This document shows, one piece after another, positions 29,544 through 32,000 of a DNA stretch of 32,000 bases. Position 1 is the first letter of the stretch; each line of letters starts with the position of its first letter. The notes below the pieces were generated by a model. That model had not been told where the DNA came from, did no database searches, and was given only the letters and a program-made list of their open reading frames with translations. The translations under genes and the position numbers were made by a program. This DNA comes from Pseudodesulfovibrio mercurii (GTDB lineage: Bacteria; Desulfobacterota; Desulfovibrionia; Desulfovibrionales; Desulfovibrionaceae), in contig NC_016803.1 in assembly GCF_000189295.2 (NCBI RefSeq), positions 3,030,001 to 3,062,000 of the forward strand. Direction: 5' to 3'.

Positions 29544-31652
29544 TCATATGGGCCCCACGGTCACGCGCAGGTCGGCCACGAAGGCCCCCTCGGCGTCCAC
29601 CAGGATGGGGTTGAGCACGGCCTCGCGGATCTCCGGGAAGTCCGTGGCCATCTGAGACATGGACAGCAGGATGTCCTCGATGGCCGTCAGGTTGACCGGT
29701 TCCGCGCCGCGCACTCCGCGCAGCAGGGGGAACGAGCGGATTTCGCGGACGATGTCCTGGACGTCCTGTAGGGCCAGCGGGGCCAGCCGGTAGCTGACGT
29801 CGCCGAGGACCTCGGCCGAGGGCCCGGCCAGGCAGAAGGAAATGAGCGGGCCGAACTGCGGGTCCTGGGCGAAGCGGACCACGACCTCGCGGGCCCTGAT
29901 GGGGCCCATGGTCTGGACCAGGCAGCCCGCGATGTAGATGTCCGGGCGCTTGCGCTGGGCGCGGGCGGTGATGTCCAGCCAGGCGTCGCGCACCTCGCGC
30001 GGGGTGTGCAGGTCCAGGGCCACGCCGTCCACCTCGCCCCGGCTGGTCAGGTGGGGCGATTCGATCTTCAGCGCCACGGGGTAGCCCATCTTCTTGGCCG
30101 CGCGCACGGCCTGGTCCGAGGTGCGCACCAGCCGCGTCTCGGGCACGGGCAGCTCGTAGGCCGCGGCGATGTCCATGGCGTCGTTGAAGGGCAGCTCGGT
30201 CACGCCCGCCGCCAGGGCGGCCTCGATGGTCCGCTCGGCCCGTCCCTTGTCGCGGCGGAAGCAGACCTCCACCGGGTAGGGGCGGTTCTTCCAGCGGTAG
30301 TGGGCGAGCATGGCCGAGATGGCCGTGACCGCCGGTTCCGGGTAGGCGTAGCAGGGGATGCCCGCGTTGAGGAGCATGTCGCGGCCGGGGCCGATGCGAT
30401 CCTCGCCCATGAACGAGGCGAAGATCGGCTTGTCGCAGGTCTTGGCCACGTCGATGATGACCTGGGCGGTCTCGATGATCTCGGCCGAGGCCGTGGGCGT
30501 GAGCAGGACCAGGATGGCGTGGGTGACCTCGTCCTCGGCCACGGCCTCCAGGGTGGCCCGGTAGCGCTCGGCCTTGGCGTCCCCGATGATGTCGATGGGG
30601 TTGTAGATCGAGGCGAAGGGCGGCAGCGCCTTGGCCAGCCGTTCCAGGGTGGCCAGGGAGGGCCGGGCCAGGTTGAGCCCGGCCGCCTCGCAGGCGTCTG
30701 CGGCCAGGATGCCCGGTCCGCCGGAGTTGGTCACCACGGCCAAGTTCGGGCCCTGGGGCAGGGGCTGCTCGGAAAAGGCGCGCGCCAGGTCGAACAGGGT
30801 CTCCAGGCTCTCCACCCGGATGATGCCCGCCTGCTTGAACGCGGCCAGGCCCGCCTCCACGCTCCCGGCCAGGGAGCCGGTGTGGCTGGACGTGGCCCGC
30901 GCGCCCGCGGCGGTGGTGCCCGCCTTGATCATGATGACCGGCTTCTTTTCGGTCACGGCCCGGGCCCGGGTCAGAAATCTGCGGCCGTCGTCCACGGATT
31001 CCAGGTAGCCGATGATGACCTTGGTGTCCGGGTCGTCGCCCAGCGCCTCGAGCACGTCGGCCTCGGACACGCCCGCCTTGTTGCCGAGCGAGACGAACTT
31101 GGAGAAGCCGATGGATTCGCCCTCGGCCCAGTCCAGGATGGCCGAGCACAGGGCTCCGCTCTGGGAGAAGAAGGAGATGGACCCCTTGGCGGGCATGGTC
31201 TGGGCGATGGAGGCGTTCAGGTTGATGGCCGTGTTGAACAGCCCCAGAGTGTTGGGGCCGAGCAGGGTGATGTCCCGGCGCCGGGCCAGGTCGGCCATCT
31301 CCATCTCCAGCTCGAAGCCGTCGCGGCCGGTCTCGCGGAACCCGGCGGTGATGACGCAGATGGCGTCCACGCGGGCGTCGGCCAGGTCGCGCATGGCCTG
31401 AAGGACCTGCTCGCGCGGCAGGGCGATGATGCCGAGGTCCGGCGGGCGCGGCAGGTCGGCCGTGGACGGGTAGGCGGTCAGACCGAGAATTTCTCCGCCC
31501 GCGGGATTGACGGGAAATATTGTCCCCCTGTACCCTGCCGAGATTAAATTCGAAAGGATGAGATGCCCGAGCTTGAGAGGGCTTCGGGAAGCGCCGACCA
31601 CGGCGATGGATTCGGGGTTGAAAAGTTCGTGAAGTTGGGCGTCTGGCTGCAT
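29544..31652 (-). CDS. Acetate--CoA ligase (ADP-forming), fused alpha/beta (CoA-binding, succinyl-CoA-synthetase-like flavodoxin and ATP-grasp domains)
   Basis: N-terminus M(F M)QPDAQLHELFNPESIAVVGASRSPLKLGH, SQSGAL, the conserved phosphohistidine context SSHTGSLAG, and a C-terminal ATP-grasp-like region. The start is ATG 31652 or TTG 31658. Confidence 0.88.
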   Translation of the reverse strand: MQPDAQLHELFNPESIAVVGASRSPLKLGHLILSNLISAGYRGTIFPVNPAGGEILGLTAYPSTADLPRPPDLGIIALPREQVLQAMRDLADARVDAICVITAGFRETGRDGFELEMEMADLARRRDITLLGPNTLGLFNTAINLNASIAQTMPAKGSISFFSQSGALCSAILDWAEGESIGFSKFVSLGNKAGVSEADVLEALGDDPDTKVIIGYLESVDDGRRFLTRARAVTEKKPVIMIKAGTTAAGARATSSHTGSLAGSVEAGLAAFKQAGIIRVESLETLFDLARAFSEQPLPQGPNLAVVTNSGGPGILAADACEAAGLNLARPSLATLERLAKALPPFASIYNPIDIIGDAKAERYRATLEAVAEDEVTHAILVLLTPTASAEIIETAQVIIDVAKTCDKPIFASFMGEDRIGPGRDMLLNAGIPCYAYPEPAVTAISAMLAHYRWKNRPYPVEVCFRRDKGRAERTIEAALAAGVTELPFNDAMDIAAAYELPVPETRLVRTSDQAVRAAKKMGYPVALKIESPHLTSRGEVDGVALDLHTPREVRDAWLDITARAQRKRPDIYIAGCLVQTMGPIRAREVVVRFAQDPQFGPLISFCLAGPSAEVLGDVSYRLAPLALQDVQDIVREIRSFPLLRGVRGAEPVNLTAIEDILLSMSQMATDFPEIREAVLNPILVDAEGAFVADLRVTVGPI

Positions 31653-31667
31653 AAACAAGGGGGTTGA

Positions 31668-32000
31668 ATGGATACTGCTGCGCTACAGGATTGTATCCAC
31701 CATAGGTTTGGCCAAGTCAAGTTCCTGGAGACGGCCCTGACGCACTCCTCGTTCGCCAACGAGCAGGATGGGTTCGAGGACAACGAGCGGTTGGAATTTC
31801 TGGGCGACGCCGTGCTGGAACTGTGCATCTCCGAGGAGGGATTCAAGCGCTACCCCACGGCCCACGAGGGCCAGCTCACGCGCATCCGCTCCCAGCTGGT
31901 CAAGGAACAGTCCCTGGCGGGCATCGCCCGCGAGCTCGAACTGGACCGGTTCATCCGCCTGGGCCGGGGCGAGGAGCTCCAGGGCGGCCGGGAGCGCGAC
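31668..32000 (+). CDS. rnc: Ribonuclease III, N-terminal part (continues past the right edge)
   Basis: Absent from the ORF track because it is truncated by the window. ATG 31668 gives [57 protein letters not shown]..., with the RNase III signature [18 protein letters not shown] lies 4 nt upstream. Confidence 0.93.
   Translation, partial: MDTAALQDCIHHRFGQVKFLETALTHSSFANEQDGFEDNERLEFLGDAVLELCISEEGFKRYPTAHEGQLTRIRSQLVKEQSLAGIARELELDRFIRLGRGEELQGGRERD

Overview
High-GC bacterial chromosome segment. Its gene content looks like a sulfate-reducing Desulfovibrionaceae-type deltaproteobacterium; that assignment is inference from gene content only. Most genes are on the minus strand.

Gene order, left to right:
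- a partial Lon-like protease
- an uncharacterised five-gene cassette of exported proteins (764-6505)
- a flagellar export/stator block: fliQ-fliP-fliO-fliN-fliL, two tandem motB paralogs and motA
- yggS, with a near-consensus sigma-28 promoter upstream
- a Tat-signal HD-domain protein
- topA (+) and rsmG (+)
- cysS, a membrane-anchored hypothetical protein, and fused ispDF
- an RNase P RNA (rnpB) that the ORF track cannot show
- a coiled-coil zinc-ribbon protein of the HP0958/CT398 family, and a NIF3-family protein
- a tRNA with a CAT anticodon
- a MATE efflux pump, a divergent AraC regulator and a proline dehydrogenase
- a stand-alone Pta-N-terminal-like (DRTGG) protein and an ADP-forming acetyl-CoA synthetase
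- the start of rnc

Most interesting:
1. The all-exported cassette follows fliQ, where fliR/flhB usually sit. It encodes a TolB-like beta-propeller protein with a CxxCH motif, followed by two tandem modules. Each module pairs a secreted protein whose mature N-terminus is YGGGGDVG with a paralogous peptidoglycan-binding protein.
2. Three families of structured intergenic repeats occur. One is a long hairpin element present twice, with conserved arms, covarying inner stems and an apical segment flipped between the copies.
3. rnpB is embedded in a co-directional nif3 / zinc-ribbon / rnpB / ispDF string.

Many long ORFs in the track are antisense artefacts of high GC and were rejected.
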